Shown here: positions 14,001 to 26,459 of the stretch, one piece after another
Numbering within the stretch: the first letter of the stretch is position 1
Layout of the letters: every line of letters begins with the position of its first letter
The notes under the pieces: generated by a model
What the model saw: the letters and a program-made list of their open reading frames with translations, nothing else
Told to the model about the DNA's origin: nothing
Databases searched by the model: none
Assembly (NCBI GenBank): GCA_009602735.1
Contig: WELA01002573.1
Span: forward strand, 1 to 64,000
DNA from: Mesotaenium endlicherianum
Lineage: Eukaryota
Length of the DNA: 64,000 bases
Direction of reading: 5' to 3'
Position numbers and translations under genes: made by a program

Positions 14001-15439
14001 GCGGCGGCGGATCATCGTCTGCGCGCATGCTGGGCGGCAGCGAGGGCGAGAGCGAGCGCGAGCGGGAGAGGGAGCCTCTGCTGTCTCAGTTGCCGCGGAG
14101 CCCCAGGCTGCGCCACAGCGTGTCCGCCGCCGGCACCACGGGCAGTGGGGCATGGGACGCGCGCGACTTGCAGAGGGTGGCGGTGGTGGACTACGTGCTC
14201 AAGGCCCAGGAGCGCCTCCACCAGCAGCACCTCTTTGCCTTCTCCGAGCGCCTCGCGGTATTGCACCCCCACCACCACCCCCACCCCCACCTGCCCCGCA
14301 ACCCAAAAAGATAGCGCACAGACCCCGCTGAGAGAGTGCGTCCATGCACCCCTTGCACCTGTCTGCCCTCGAGAGGAACTTTATATAGAGGAATTGATGC
14401 TGTCTACTTGTTCAATTTGTAATGCTTCGTGCTTGACAGTGGAGCAAGTTGGCCCCTTCTTCGTTTTTCTTCCTTTCCACCCTCCCGCTGTTTGATGCAA
14501 TCACGAAACTATGCAAGCACTGGTCTAAAGGTGCAGCAGCAAGCTGAGAGGGGGGAGGGTGCGTGCTGGCAGGCGCTGTACTTGGAGCACCAGAGGGGAC
14601 TGGCGCACGCGCACGAGCAGATCGTGGACATGCTGGACAGGCGCCTGCACCGCGTCCTGGCTCCCGCCCCCTCCACCTCTCCTCCTCCGCCCGCTGGCAT
14701 CGCAGCAGCCCCCACTGGAGCTGCCCCTGCTCCTCCTCCTCCTCCGGCGGCTCAAGCGCAGCAGGCCGTTGCTTCTGCCAGGTGGTATCCTCTTTCGCCG
14801 GACCTCATTGGTCGTCTCTGTTTGTGTCGTGTGAGTTCGACTGGGAGTGGGTGGTCAACTACCTCGCAGCTTACTGTATGTTTTGAATGGCGGCCGTGTG
14901 AGCGAGTGAGGCAGAGGAGAGGAGCTGACATGGTCACCTGCGTGGCTGCCAGTGGCAGGCTTGGCCCCGGAGCGGCTCCATTGAGACCGGTGGCGGCGCA
15001 CGGCGGTGCCCTTCCGCCGCAAGACCTTCGCCAACACTCTCACTCCCTGCCGCGTCTCCGCACACTCGACCAACCAAGAGCACCTGCACCTGGCCATGGT
15101 GCTGTTTCTACGCTTGTGCCCGAGGGCAGCCACGTAGGGACTGTGGGCGCGCAGCCCAGCGCTGATGATGCTGGCGCGACATCTGGAGGGGAGCAAGCGG
15201 AGCCCACGCAAACCAGTTCATTTGTTCCACAGACGGCCGCTTCTCATGCGCCGAACGCAGTAGGACCTGGTGGCGTTTCTGCTCCGTGTGAGCTGGAGGG
15301 CAATGGGCCAAACGTGGCAAGTGCGCCACGCTCCTTGTTAGGAAATCGAAGCTTGACTTTTACTCCCGAGCCGGAGGAAGAGCGCTTGCCACACGACTCC
15401 GCTAGCGGTGGCATCGATGGGAATCACAAACAACTATGA
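9208..15439 (+). CDS. Mucolipin/TRPML-like (polycystin-fold) cation channel, multi-exon, with long low-complexity C-terminal tail
   Basis: MGSPSMPVHERMTLSPFMKWKKYGR|VPWKFFINITLTFLLTVQ (pre-S1/S1); luminal domain VYTFDKFSQLLSHVANTY..CWLWTVLCRFDTTSRSHI; S2 WLAVAIVALAIVSLALTARSIVRS; DKLRFFNLWVVATLVCNV (S3); LLMGIAGAAAWAQNTQYFE (S4); LLALRTGVPYILRLVVAIGPVFVGYALFAWTFFG (S5); pore FGSSAVMLFSIVNGDSIHDTF; S6 GRLFLVSFIMGFIYCVLNVFIYIMEDA. The last exons (about 14573-14782 and 14959-15439) are joined by inferred splicing; without it the stop is at 14314. Confidence 0.85.
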
Positions 15440-17055
15440 TCCACGAGTCACATAGTGGGGTCACAAGAGGGATGCCTCCTGATGCAAGAAGTGATAAGTG
15501 CAAAAGGGAGTTTTTTTCCATATGTGGTGCCTCTTAGTCATTGCTAATAGGTGTAATCTCTTGCAAATTGCCCCCATTTAGAATTTCTCAAGTGCAGATT
15601 CTTTACTTCCTCAAAGGAGGAAATAGCCACAACATGCTAATGACTACTTTCTCAGGGATAAATTTTATATTTTTCACTACTTGGCATCTGCACATCTTAA
15701 GCACAGCATCAGTCCTCACGCTCCACTATGCCGTTCAAGGCATAGCACAATATGGATCGATGCATGATTTCTCTATAAGTTCAGCTCAGAACGTAAGATA
15801 TACATATAAAAGTGGCTGTTTTATACACTTTAAGACCTCTCCGTGAACTGCGTTGAACTTTCACCTTGCGTAGAACAAAATCATTCTTACGATGAGGGTC
15901 ATGGGCGAGGCTGGTCTCTTTTGTTTGTCTAGGAAATCAACGCGTACGCTTATGGGTCCCTTAGAAACTCTTACTCGTTCTCGCCCTCACAATAGACGGG
16001 AGCACGCCTGCAAGCAGGAGCCATGGGACCCTCTCCAGCCTCAGGCCTGGCAGAGAGACCAGTGTGCCTCAGAAGGGGGGCTGTCGCAGTTGGAGAAAGT
16101 GGTCTGCTGGGGGGTCCAGTTGCAGCAAGTGGAGAGACGGGAGATCCAGAGGAGCGCACCAAGGCCCGGGAGGATCGGCCTCACATTTTTAAGGAAGTGT
16201 AAGCTCTCACAAATTACAAAAAAGGAGGTATGAGGTGTTGGAGTTTGGAATGTAGGAAGACCTGCCCAGATGATCCTGTGTCCCATCCTTTTGCTCGACC
16301 TTTCTCAACAAATTGATTTGCAGGTGCCCAAGCCTAGCGGCTCGTGGTGAGTCACTCGCTGAACGGCTGCTCAGCGAAGGGGCAAGGGACCAGCCTAAAG
16401 TGTCCCGTTTGCGTTGCTTTATGAAGACGCAGCAATTTATTACAAGGTACAACTTGTTCCCAACACGTACTGTCCCCCTGAAATCACAAATGGGTATACG
16501 CAACTCCTCTCAAACTTGCGCATACTAAACTTTGAAGTGTACCTGACACCACATTTTATGTGGGTGGTTTGCATTCAGTAAGAACGACGGAAAAGGGTGG
16601 AGTGACGCGGTCGTAGCTGGAGTGACCAAGGTCAGATGTGGGAGCAAATGGCAATGCATCAGCTCATTATTTGGCACACGTAGTGGGTCGTCATTGTTCC
16701 CGTGCAAGCTTGAACGCAGTGCCCACACAAGAAGGGTTTGACTGCGACATGATCACATGTATATCAAAACCAGATGCTGGTATTGCTTGTCAAAACAGCT
16801 CGCCCTAAGTGGATAAGATTTCTCCTCCTCCTCTAGGCTGTGCTTTCGTCGATCTTGGGACACTATTACCAACTAGGACTCGAGATGTGCTTCTACATAT
16901 ATACACGCAGAAAGAAACAACTAATACAGGTATCCATCTTAAATATCGTATAGAGAGTAACTTTACCTGGAAGCATGTGCTTGAGCTCAACATGATATGC
17001 GAGCAGTACCTGAAAACCTCCACGAAGCTAGCCCTGCTGCTATTGACTACACTAA

Positions 17056-20000
17056 CTAGACCTGCGACCCTCTCCACCTGAGCGAAGGGATGAAAGACGA
17101 TATTCTCACAGACACAACTTCTCCCGAGGAGGAATTGCACTCCTCAGAATCAGCAAGCCTAACACTTGCCTCGCTACCCTCTTCCCTGGGATCGGAGCTC
17201 TCAGCACTCGTCAAGTCCTCATGCGGACGTTCATTTGTGCTGCTCCCCCTTCTAGTGACTGCTCCCTCACCTTGAGGAGCAGTCGGAGTTCTGAGGACTG
17301 GCTGTACGGCCGTGGTAGCAGCAGTAGTAAGGCCGTGAGTGTGCCCGACATCCCCCAGCCTCTTGCCATGGCCGTGTCGCGGTGGCGGAGGAGGAGGAGG
17401 AGGAGGTGGAGAGGCTGGATGGCTTGAGAAGCCTCCTCCTCCTCTTCCCCCCCCTCGACTTGCCTCCCTCGGCAAGCCACGGGCGCCACCCGCATACGGC
17501 TCGCTCTTGCGGCCCCTTCCCAGCCACCAGGCCAAGCGTGCAACCCGCGTCCCTAGCACTCCTGCCTCTGCTGGCGGTGCCCTTTGTGCCCCGCCGCTAC
17601 TGCCCGGTCTTGTGGTATTTCTGGCACCACCGTCGCCACCACCGCTACCTCGCGCTTGCTCACCGCCTGTCGACAAATCTGCAGCATCGGCATCGTCGGC
17701 TTCTCCTTCTTCGGCTACTTCTTCGCTCGTGCTCCCCGAGCTTCCTTGCCCTCCTCGCACTTCATCCACCTCAGAGGGCACCTCAGAGGCAGCGGCCTCA
17801 GTGACTGTAGCAGTAGTAGTAGGCACGCGCTGTGGGCTGTTGGTGGGTGGGGAGAGTCTGGAGGCCCCCACGAGCAGGCGCGGTGCAATGGTGGCGGAGG
17901 GGCCTCCTCCCGCGCGATGCTGCCCCCCACTGCAGCTGCTGTTGAAAGGTGCCAGCTGGCGATGTCGCCCTTGACTTGCCAACAAGTTGCCACCGGAAGA
18001 AGTACCAGCGGTGCTACTAATATTACCACTATTAGAACTGGTGGCTCCAGCGGACGAGCCCAGGTGAGCACCTTGAGAGACACCAGGGGTGTCTCCAGAG
18101 GAGGAAGGCGCAAAAGAAGAAGAAGAAGAAGAAGAAGAAGACGAAGAAGAAGAGAAAGCGCTGCTGCTGCTGCTGCTAGCAGTGCCAGTTGGTGTCGCGG
18201 CATTGGAGCCGGACAGGGGGCTGGCCCTGGCTGTGGTGACCAGCCCGAAGATGCCGCTTGCCTGGGCGGCAGCAACAAGCATGGAGCCTGCCCCTCCCGC
18301 TCCTTCACCTCCTCCTCCTGCTGCTGCAGCGGCGGCTGCCACGCCAAGTCCCACGGGGCTGGGGGCCAGTGTGGCAGATCCGCCTAACGCACTCAGGGCT
18401 GCAAAGTCAGCAGGCTGCCCCCCAGCAGCAGCAGCTAAGGCAGAGAGCAGGCCCAGGGTTGACGATGCGGCAGCCGTGTGGGCGGGGTCCCGCTGGTGCT
18501 GCTGCTGCAGCTGCTGCAAGCGCCGCTGAATTACCACCTGCAGCGCTGGAATCTGCACTCAGCACATCCCCACCTCAGTTACACGCCAGCCATCCACCAG
18601 TCGCCCCCCCCTCCCCCCTCCCCCCNNNNNNNNNNNNNNNNNNNNNNNNNNNNNNNNNNNNNNNNNNNNNNNNNNNNNNNNNNNNNNNNNNNNNNNNNNN
18701 NNNNNNNNNNNNNNNNNNNNNNNNNNNNNNNNNNNNNNNNNNNNNNNNNNNNNNNNNNNNNNNNNNNNNNNNNNNNNNNNNNNNNNNNNNNNNNNNNNNN
18801 NNNNNNNNNNNNNNNNNNNNNNNNNNNNNNNNNNNNNNNNNNNNNNNNNNNNNNNNNNNNNNNNNNNNNNNNNNNNNNNNNNNNNNNNNNNNNNNNNNNN
18901 NNNNNNNNNNNNNCTCTCTCCCTCTCCCGCTCCCCCCCTCCCTCCCTCCCGTCCTTCGTCCCTCGCTCCCCCGCTCCCTATATCCATATAGAAAGACATC
19001 CTCCATACCTACGTATCCTAGTCCATCACTGCATTGTCACTCAAATCTTGGCCCTCGTGCGCGGGGCTGCAGACGTACCTCGTAGCGGTTCCAGAAGTAC
19101 AGCACGCAGTGCTGCATAAAAGCGGCCATGGTGAAGAATGCCAGATACGACAGCCCTGCAGGTCAAGCACACCACCAACCACCATGAGCGCGTGGACTCT
19201 GCCCTGTCACTGGCCTCCACAAGGGGGCACCGACTTTTGCCATGCTATGCGGGCTGCAGCTATCTATCTGGCATTGCTCCCCCACATGTAACCCTCCTAG
19301 AGACTTGCGAAGCATGCCCCGGGATCGTGACAGCTCACCGTAGGTGTAGGAGAAGAAGTAGATGTGGAAGAGCATGAGGTAGAGGAAGAAGAAGCGCGGG
19401 AAGTTTTGCATCGACAGCCTGGTCCTCACACTGCACCCCCGCCCCCATCGCCCATCCAGCGAGACCGAACGTCAGTCCCGAGAAGAGAAGGCTCACGCCT
19501 CAGCCTGATGGAGAGAGCAAGAGCTGCAGGCGGTCATGGCCGGCACGGCAGACCGACACCCTGCGGGGGGAACACACGGCTGAGCACCACAAGAGTGCTT
19601 GCAGCTGCCGTGTACACCAGGCGTGCAGGAGCATGACCTTCTGATATGCGCGCACAACTGCAACGCGTAAACTCTTCCTCAACGCCGTGGCACCTTCTAG
19701 CACCCAAGAAGTTGAGCGCAATCCACACCAGATTGGCACAGTGTCTGACTGCTTGACTGACAAATCGAAGCGAGTGCGAGGGGACCCAGAGAAGGTGGGT
19801 GGGCACGTGCCTGATCATGGAGAAGAGCTCGCAGAACCAGACGAGCGTGAGGACCATGAAGGCCAGCAGCTGGTCGTCGAAGAACTCAAACAGAAAGAAC
19901 AGGATGCCTATCATGATCTGCCACCCGGCACACGCACACGGACAACAAGTACCATGTAAGTATTACTGTCGTACGGGCACGTGGGAAAACAGGCAGCTCC

Positions 20001-23000
20001 GATTTGCAGAACCCCTACATGGGACTCAGGTTGAAGCAAGCAGCAGCATTGCCAGAAGAGCACGCAGGATTCAAGCATGGTCCCCGTTCAGCAAAGCCAG
20101 CCCAGGGCCGGGCCAGGCCAGGCCAGGCAGCTTACCGGGACAAACACGAGGGACTCCACCACATGCATGAAGATGAGGCGGAACGTGGGCAGCCGGTGCC
20201 GCGCGTGGTGCTGCAGCTGCACTGCACCACGCTCCCCCCCAACCCCCCCACCCCCAGGACTGTCAGCAGCCCCCCTCCCTGACCTCCTGACCTCCAAGCA
20301 GGGCGAGGAGTCCGCGCCGACAAGCCCGAGCTGACTCCACATGCTGACGCAGTTGATGACAAGGGCGAGTGAGGTGCAGTTAGTGGCCTGCCTTGCGAGG
20401 CAGGGGGAGTACAAGGAAAGACTGGGCATGCAGGTTCATGCGGTGCTCGTCGTGTTGCTGGTGGTGTTACCTGTGAATCTGAGCATGCGCGACTGGGTCT
20501 CCCTCAGGGTGAAGGACACCGACATGGTCGTCGTGAAGAACACAAACAGGGACGTCACCACCACCCCAAACTTGAAGATGAAGTAGTCTGCACACGTCAT
20601 ACCAAGTGATTGAAGGGGGGNGCCCGCTTGACTGCCTGCCCTGCACTAGCGCAAGCTCCACGCTACCAGCAGTCGCTCACCCAGTGGACCTCTATTTGGC
20701 ACAATAGGACAAACACATTGCCTAAGAGCAACCCCACCCCCCCACCACCCTTCCCCTGTCAAAAGGAAATGCAGAAAAAGCAAACAGCAAACTCCCCCCA
20801 TCAACCCTAACCTTGTTCGAAAACCGATGGCATCAAGGGAGATGCAAAGGCGCATGCTTGTGCAGGTGAGCCACGAGGTCGGGTGGGACCTGAGAGGCTG
20901 TCAGCGGGGCCTGGCAGCTCCTGTGCGTGATTGAGGTTGTACAGCTCCTTGGCTTGCACGTTGTACAAGTAGCCTGCCCACGCACCACCCGCACACGCAT
21001 GACTTACTCCACTCAGTCCAGCCAAAAAACGGATGCTGCTGCAGCAGGACAACTAGCCGTCACTTTTAGTGGTCAACAAACTGTGTCCACTGCCACATAG
21101 AAGAAGGTGCACAAGGACCCGGGCCCGGCTCAACCAAGCAGGTGGAGAAGTAAAAACAACAAGGTCCTGTAGCGGTGAAGTACCCGATGAATAGGCAGGC
21201 CCCAGACAACATCAAGAAGACTGACTGCTTGCCATACACAAGATGCTGCAGGAAGTCTCATGCATCCCTTCACTGCAGCCCAGCAGAGCACGCACGGCAT
21301 TGCCACAAGCTAAAGTGGAGGAAGGGAGAAGGGAGGGGGGGGCCGCATACCTCGCCCTCTGGCGCTCAGAAGGCTGTTCATCAAAATGGTGTCGTACCCC
21401 ACCAGGTTCTCTATCAGAGCTTGCTGCCACCTGCATCCCCGCGTGCACAAGAGCAGGCAGGGTGAATGCCCACTGGAGACGCGCTCACAATTTAGAAGGC
21501 CCAAACGCAACAACAGCAGTCCATAAGGTATGCAAAGGAGATGAATGATTCTTGGTGAGGCGAGCAGGCAGGCGGGCGGGCAGGCAGGCAGCCTACCAGG
21601 GCCCAAAGCAGGCGTGCTCGGCCGGGATGCTGATGTTGTGCGTGGGCACGCTGTGCCTCAGCTTGGCCGCCTCCGACAGCATCATGTACCCCTGCAAGCG
21701 TGCACCCCCCACCTCCCACATCAGCCGCCCGCAGCTGCACCTGATACTGGGCAGCAAAATCAAGTCAGTCTTTTCCACGCACACATCTGCCCGATGCCGC
21801 ACCGCAGCGCAGGCTGGCGCTTACCTTTTCTGTGCTGTAGACGTAGACAGGGTCCCCAATCTCCTGCCTCAGCACTTCCAGCGCCTCCTCCACGCTTCCT
21901 GCACGCACTGGCGTCGTCAGGATGCATCACCCCCCGGCTTCTTGAGTTCAGACACGTGATAGCAGGACAAGCCACGCCAAAATGCCTCTCGGACGCACGG
22001 GGGTGACACAAAGGCCCACGAGGGCTCATATGGCGTGCAGCGAGTCCTGGCGGAGCAGAGACACCCGCAACACACACTGCTCAGTGGGTCCGCTTGCCAC
22101 GCAGAAATATCAGGGCACCCAGGTCTGCAACTTACTGTCATGGGACTGGAAGGGCTTCTTCTGGTGACTGACAGTCGCTGCAACAGCCATATCGGAAGAG
22201 CCCTGCCTCTGCACGACCCACAGCAGAGAGGCCCGTCCACACAAGTTGTCAAGGTCCCTTCCGCACAGCAATTCACGCGCTTCAAAACTGTCTGAACGCC
22301 TGGGCTCTGTAAGAGGCCCAACACACGTCAGGAAGTCCCAAGTCCCCTCTCAGAACGCCATCTCAGCTAACAGCTGCCTCCCGCTGCTTCCTCTTGACCA
22401 CATTGTTCCAATGCTGTGTATGTTGAAGATAGACTGCTCTCTGCAATCAACAGAATGGTCTCCTCTCACTGATAAGCCTCCACGAGGTTCTCCCCTGATT
22501 CACCTCGTCACGTACATATGCACCACAGGCAAGCAGCGTACACACAGCTGCAGGCAGGAGCCAGGCGCTAAGCACTGCCCAGGCACGCAGTAGCTCAGAA
22601 GCGCACAGCCGTAGCGTACCCATTCACGCCAGAGTGCCTTGGGCATGCTCTGCAGGCGGTCCACGGCTGACGAGAGCTTGGCCGCCCACAGCCTGAGGTA
22701 GTGAAAGAGGGCGAGCCCGAGAGGCCCCCTCCCGGGCCCTGCCACCACGCCTATGCTCGCTGCTCTCACTGTAGGAGGACTCCCAAAGCTCTTGGCAGAT
22801 ACAGCGTCGGCCGCAGTGTCGTGAGCTCCACTGCTCACAGTGCTATCATCGGCAGCAGGAGCAGCATCACTACACGAAGTCCCTATGTCACCCTGCGTAG
22901 CATGTGCTCCCCCCTCTAGAGCTGTCCTATCACTTTGGGCCCCTTGTGCAAAGCCCGCTGCTCGAGATTCCTCAGAAAGCCCTATCTCGTGAGCGGCGCA

Positions 23001-24252
23001 GACCTCCCCTGAAGGCCACAGGCTGGGCCGCCTCGCCAAACAAATATTCTGCAATGTGTGCTGATTTCGTTCATCCCGTTCCCCGTCGCCCTGCAGCCCG
23101 CCTTTTGGCTCTGACTCCTGTAATTGAGTCTGTATAGGCTTTGACCTCTCCTGAGACCGCAGTAAGGCCTGTGTTCCCAGTAAGTTCACACGATACTTCT
23201 CCATTGCCTCCTTCCATTTCTCTTTATTCTCTCGCATAGCTGCTGTTTTCTCTTTGAGCCGCACTAGGAGTTCATCTGCTAGCTCACTCCACTTCCCTGT
23301 AATCTGCACAAAAGAGGAAATTCGATACGTGAAGCCCCATCAATGAAAGGTTCGAGCTCTTCAAGCCACCCTGTGAAAGTTGGTACTGCTTAGACTTTGA
23401 GGAACTACCACTGTAACAGAATGCTTTTCTCCCACTGCTGGGCACATAGCATGGCTCCACCTGATCGTCAGATGAAAAAGATGCAAAATTACAGGCTGAA
23501 TTCAAGCGGAATACGTCATATAGCAAGTTTTGCGGCCCTGTCAGCCATGGTATGCATGGTAAGCAGGAATTGACTATGCTCATAGTTGCCTCAAAACACA
23601 ATTTGTCCAACGGAGACCACCTTCTCATTGCAGGTGTCATGATACGAGCGACCAAAGCAATGTGCTCAAAATTGGATTGCCACTAATTCAGAGGGACACT
23701 TAAATTCCCAACTCCCCTCCCAAGTTTATGTAAAAATGTTGTACCTTCCTATCCCGCCAGGTATTAAGGTGCAGAGGGACTGCTTGTAATTTACCTTTAT
23801 CTCGAGTATATGTGTGTCAGTTAAATGTGGTGCAGAGAAAAGCTCCCCACAGGCGGGCTGCATATGAATTGGTCAAGCGAGAAGATAACATTAATACTGC
23901 GTGAAGGAACGCAAATACGGCTTTGACTCATTATGCCACTTAAGTAGTATGTGCAGCGTAGAAGCTGGCATAGATGATAGAAAAGGCAGCCCATGCACAA
24001 AGGCCCGCAGAACGTGTGTGAGCTGACCCTTCTGTGAGCAACGACGCTATGAGGAATTGAAATAAGAAAGAGGACCTATTATCTTACCTGACCGACAAAA
24101 TTAATGTGCATAAGTATTAGTATTGCTAAGAGCCCCACGGCGTACAACAGGAACGAGAACTCCAGGATGCTTCGTAGTCTGGGTGTTAAAAAACGAGCCA
24201 AGACTCTGGAAAGCCTGGCGTGCACCCTGAAAAAAGTTTGCTCCGGATCCAT
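17056..24252 (-). CDS. TMEM259: Membralin (TMEM259-like) ER membrane protein, multi-exon
   Basis: Exon 1 MDPEQTFFRVHARLSRVLARFLTPRLRSILEFSFLLYAVGLLAILILMHINFVGQ (plant-type N-terminus); GYMMLSEAAKLRHSVPTHNISIPAEHACFG; LIENLVGYDTILMNSL; YLYNVQAKELYNL; VVTSLFVFFTTTMSVSFTLRETQSRMLRFT; FRLIFMHVVESLVFVP; IMIGILFFLFEFFDDQLLAFMVLTLVWFCELFS; LSMQNFPRFFFLYLMLFHIYFFSY. The Ser/Ala/Gly-rich last exon is less certain, and there is an N gap at 18626-18913. Confidence 0.9.
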
Positions 24253-24770
24253 GACGAGCGGTCAACTATATAAACGAAGCCAAGAACACGGACATCACTC
24301 CGTCACTCTCCCTGGGAGTTTATACGGATTCTCAACTACATGCCGAGAATGTAAAAGGGCGTCAGAACAGTTCTGCACACGCAAACCTCAGCCTTTCCCG
24401 TAATAGAAAACCAACAAAGGACACTGCCCAACACAACCTCCAAAAATACATAATTAAGACGAGACATCGCAGAGTAGAAGCTTATACCACATAATATAGT
24501 TGTTATCACTCATGCATGCCTACAGATGACACTAAGGGCACTGTTAGGAGGACGAAGGTACAGGACGATCATATCCACGCGCTCCGCGGCCTGTCACGCT
24601 AGTTTGTGAATTGAAAGCCGTGCCGAGCAGTGCCGAGTCTACAAAAGTCTTACTGCTTCTATGGCGTGACGTTGCATCACCGTGTTGCACGCGGACTATG
24701 TGCGTATTAAGAGGCAAATCATGCCTTCGTTCGTCTTATTTTAAGCGCTGAGTCTAACCTTCCAGAAGCC
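24253..24770. promoter_or_regulatory. Short head-to-head intergenic region, probable bidirectional promoter of membralin and prefoldin 5
   Basis: Divergent start codons at 24252 (-) and 24771 (+), 518 bp apart. Position only; no motif verified. Confidence 0.5.
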
Positions 24771-26459
24771 ATGGCGTCAGAAGGTGGACAAACGAAGGTG
24801 ACTCTGGAGGATCTTCCGAAGCTCCCTCCAGAACAGCTGAAGCAAGTAAAAGAACAGCTCGAGTCTGAGCTCAACGTATTAAATGACTCCCTGACGAATA
24901 TACACACTGCAATCAACCGCCTGGACGTCGCTGGAAGGGTTGTCAAACAATTAGAGCAGCATCCAGAAGGTATAGTGCACTATCTGCTTCTTGAGCATAA
25001 GTCGTGGCCTGCTTTTTATTAAGTTTAAGGGATAGCAGCTGCGGGTAGCTCCGTGACTCTTCTTCTTGCACGCAAAAATACAAATCTTAGGTCTCTCCTG
25101 TATTGTGGTATTGTGCATGTTGTCAAGTACACGAAAATGCTTCGAGCAGATCGGGGAACTATATGGGTGGAAACTTCAGAAGAACGTATGCTCAATATAA
25201 TAGTGCTTAATATGACCAGGAATGCGGACATGGCAGAACTACTAGAAACTTTCCTCAGCTTTAGGCTGGAGGGTAGACCTTTGCAGCTAGGATGGAACGG
25301 TACCGGTAACTGGGTAACATTTGCTCACCGCCATCTATGAGTATTCCCATCTCCACTGGGTCCATATTGGATTCATGAGTGGAAAGTACATCCCATATTT
25401 GTTAAGGCAGTGTGTGGTTGATCCTTGTAGTGGACTAGGACTGTCTGACGAGCGTCAAACTTTTGTAACCAAGTGCATTGACAAAAATCTGTAACATGTT
25501 TGCAACAGGAAAGAGGGTTCTCATTCCTCTGACTGCATCCCTCTACGTGCCTGGAGAGTTGAGCAATACTAAGTCAGTCCTTCTAGATGTTGGAACTGGC
25601 TACTTCATTGAGGTACTCTCGCTTGCTGGCCTCGTCTCGACTCTGTGTTGTATAATCAAAAACTTTGCAACAAGCTTACCTGTAAGAAATTGCTTTGTGC
25701 ATGATTTGACCATTTGGTCTTTTCTGCCACGTCGTGTTGGTAGAGCGTGAAGATACCGAATTGTACTTGTTATCTATACTACACTCAAACAATGGGGGGT
25801 AGTGGTGCATCTCACGATCTCATTGGCTACATTGTTTCTATCTATAGCATAAACTGACTCTGCTGTGTTGCCAGGTGTATGCTTCTTACTGTGCCACTGC
25901 TTAACGTGCTTGCAGAAGACAATTCCAAGCTGTGTTGATTACTGCAAGCGAAAAATTGATTACCTTAAAGGAAACCAGGAGAAGGTCATAGAGGTATGCT
26001 TCCTCGTTTTGATTTTTCATGCTTGGTGATTTCAGAGTTGTTCACCCTGACTACTATATATCAGCCGTCGGTAATTGTTACATCGGTACATGGGATACGT
26101 AGGGAACAACTCCAGATTTTTTGCTTTTGTATCGCTGTGCTGCCTTGATATGGCAAGGCATTTGTTACCCCGATGTAACAAGTAAGATGCACTGGGTTGA
26201 ATGATTATTAGGCTACATATTGGAAGTTAGGCGGATTAGTCAACTATCTCCACCTGCTCACTGGTATGTTTCTATGTGACGTCTAGGGGTATGTAGTTGT
26301 ATGGTGCCGTCAACATCTATATTTGTTAAGGTACTCATTACATAGTGGCTGTTTACACGTCTGTGTTTCTGTATTGTTGCACAGCTTGCGAGCCAGAAGG
26401 GGCAGGCTCTTGAGCAAGTCTCCATGTTTCTGCAACAACGGCCTGCTGCAGCAAGGTAA
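24771..26459 (+). CDS. PFDN5: Prefoldin subunit 5 (alpha-type), at least 4 exons
   Basis: [108 protein letters not shown] with GT-AG introns. The stop may instead lie in a fifth exon starting near 26569. Confidence 0.92.

Noticed and set aside
14429..15439. Separate gene downstream of the channel
   Set aside because: No convincing own start; GT/AG sites join it in frame to the TRPML tail. The merge is inferred, not proven.
1100..23400. Many long overlapping or antisense ORFs (e.g. 2602-3612, 4428-5351, 10621-11646)
   Set aside because: Shadow frames of GC-rich exons and introns of the three multi-exon genes; low complexity, no independent domains.
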